The notes under the pieces: generated by a model
Told to the model about the DNA's origin: nothing
Seen by the model: the letters and a program-made list of their open reading frames with translations, nothing else
The model's database searches: none
Translations under genes and position numbers: made by a program
NCBI GenBank assembly: GCA_963675295.2
Contig: CAXXKJ010000002.1
Location: forward strand, 2,112,001-2,176,000
Length of the DNA: 64,000 nucleotides
Origin: a bacterium
GTDB taxonomy: Bacteria; Electryoneota; Electryoneia; Electryoneales; Electryoneaceae
Reading direction: 5' to 3'
Shown here: positions 63,869 to 64,000 of the stretch, piece by piece
How the letters are laid out: each line of letters begins with the position of its first letter
How positions within the stretch are numbered: position 1 is the stretch's first letter

Positions 63869-64000
63869 ATGGGGGAAACGCCAGACAGAACGCAGGGTAG
63901 CGGCGAACCGGTGGTTGAGCCGGGCACGTTGTATGTCGTTGCGACACCGATCGGCAACCTCGGCGACATCACCGAGCGTGGCCTGCAGGTGCTAGCGGCG
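63869..64000 (+). CDS. rsmI: 16S rRNA (C1402-2'-O)-methyltransferase, 5' part
   Basis: Manual translation: GTLYVVATPIGNLGDITERGLQVL; runs off the window. Confidence 0.9.
   Translation, partial: MGETPDRTQGSGEPVVEPGTLYVVATPIGNLGDITERGLQVLAA

Overview
GC-rich bacterial chromosome segment. Several secreted proteins carry Por/T9SS-type 'PNPFNP...K..L.[RK]' C-terminal sorting domains, which points to the FCB superphylum, probably a non-Bacteroidota lineage (inference). Housekeeping content: selB (runs off the left edge and is absent from the ORF track), uvrB, purD, a sigma54 activator-lptE-tsaC/LMW-phosphatase fusion-waaF operon, M16 peptidase, K+ channel, an archaeal-type gatE, a nucleoside-salvage operon (ushA-like, cdd-like, udk, tdk, nupC), hsp20/degP, lplA, a PilZ protein, a 1570-aa adenylation-pseudokinase-GNAT fusion, infC-rpmI-rplT, five tRNAs, usp, a Na+/H+ antiporter, acetoacetyl-CoA synthetase and the start of rsmI. 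About 37.2-54.8 kb is an accessory island of secreted proteins with unrelated N-terminal parts and near-identical 3' modules, an IS200 element and two damaged copies of a hypothetical+hydrolase gene pair. Strongest unusual observations: (1) an unannotated secreted selenoprotein (signal peptide, Omp28/thioredoxin-like UxxC with in-frame UGA and SECIS-like hairpin, T9SS-type tail) at 43219-44670; (2) a four-helix-bundle (23S rRNA IVS-type) gene enclosed by inverted heptamer arrays, with related gene-less heptamer arrays at many other gene ends; (3) GatE in a bacterium; (4) the adenylation-pseudokinase-GNAT giant protein; (5) shared 3' modules among the secreted cargo genes; (6) an in-frame TAG splitting a hydrolase catalytic triad. 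All calls come from reading the sequence; no database search was run.
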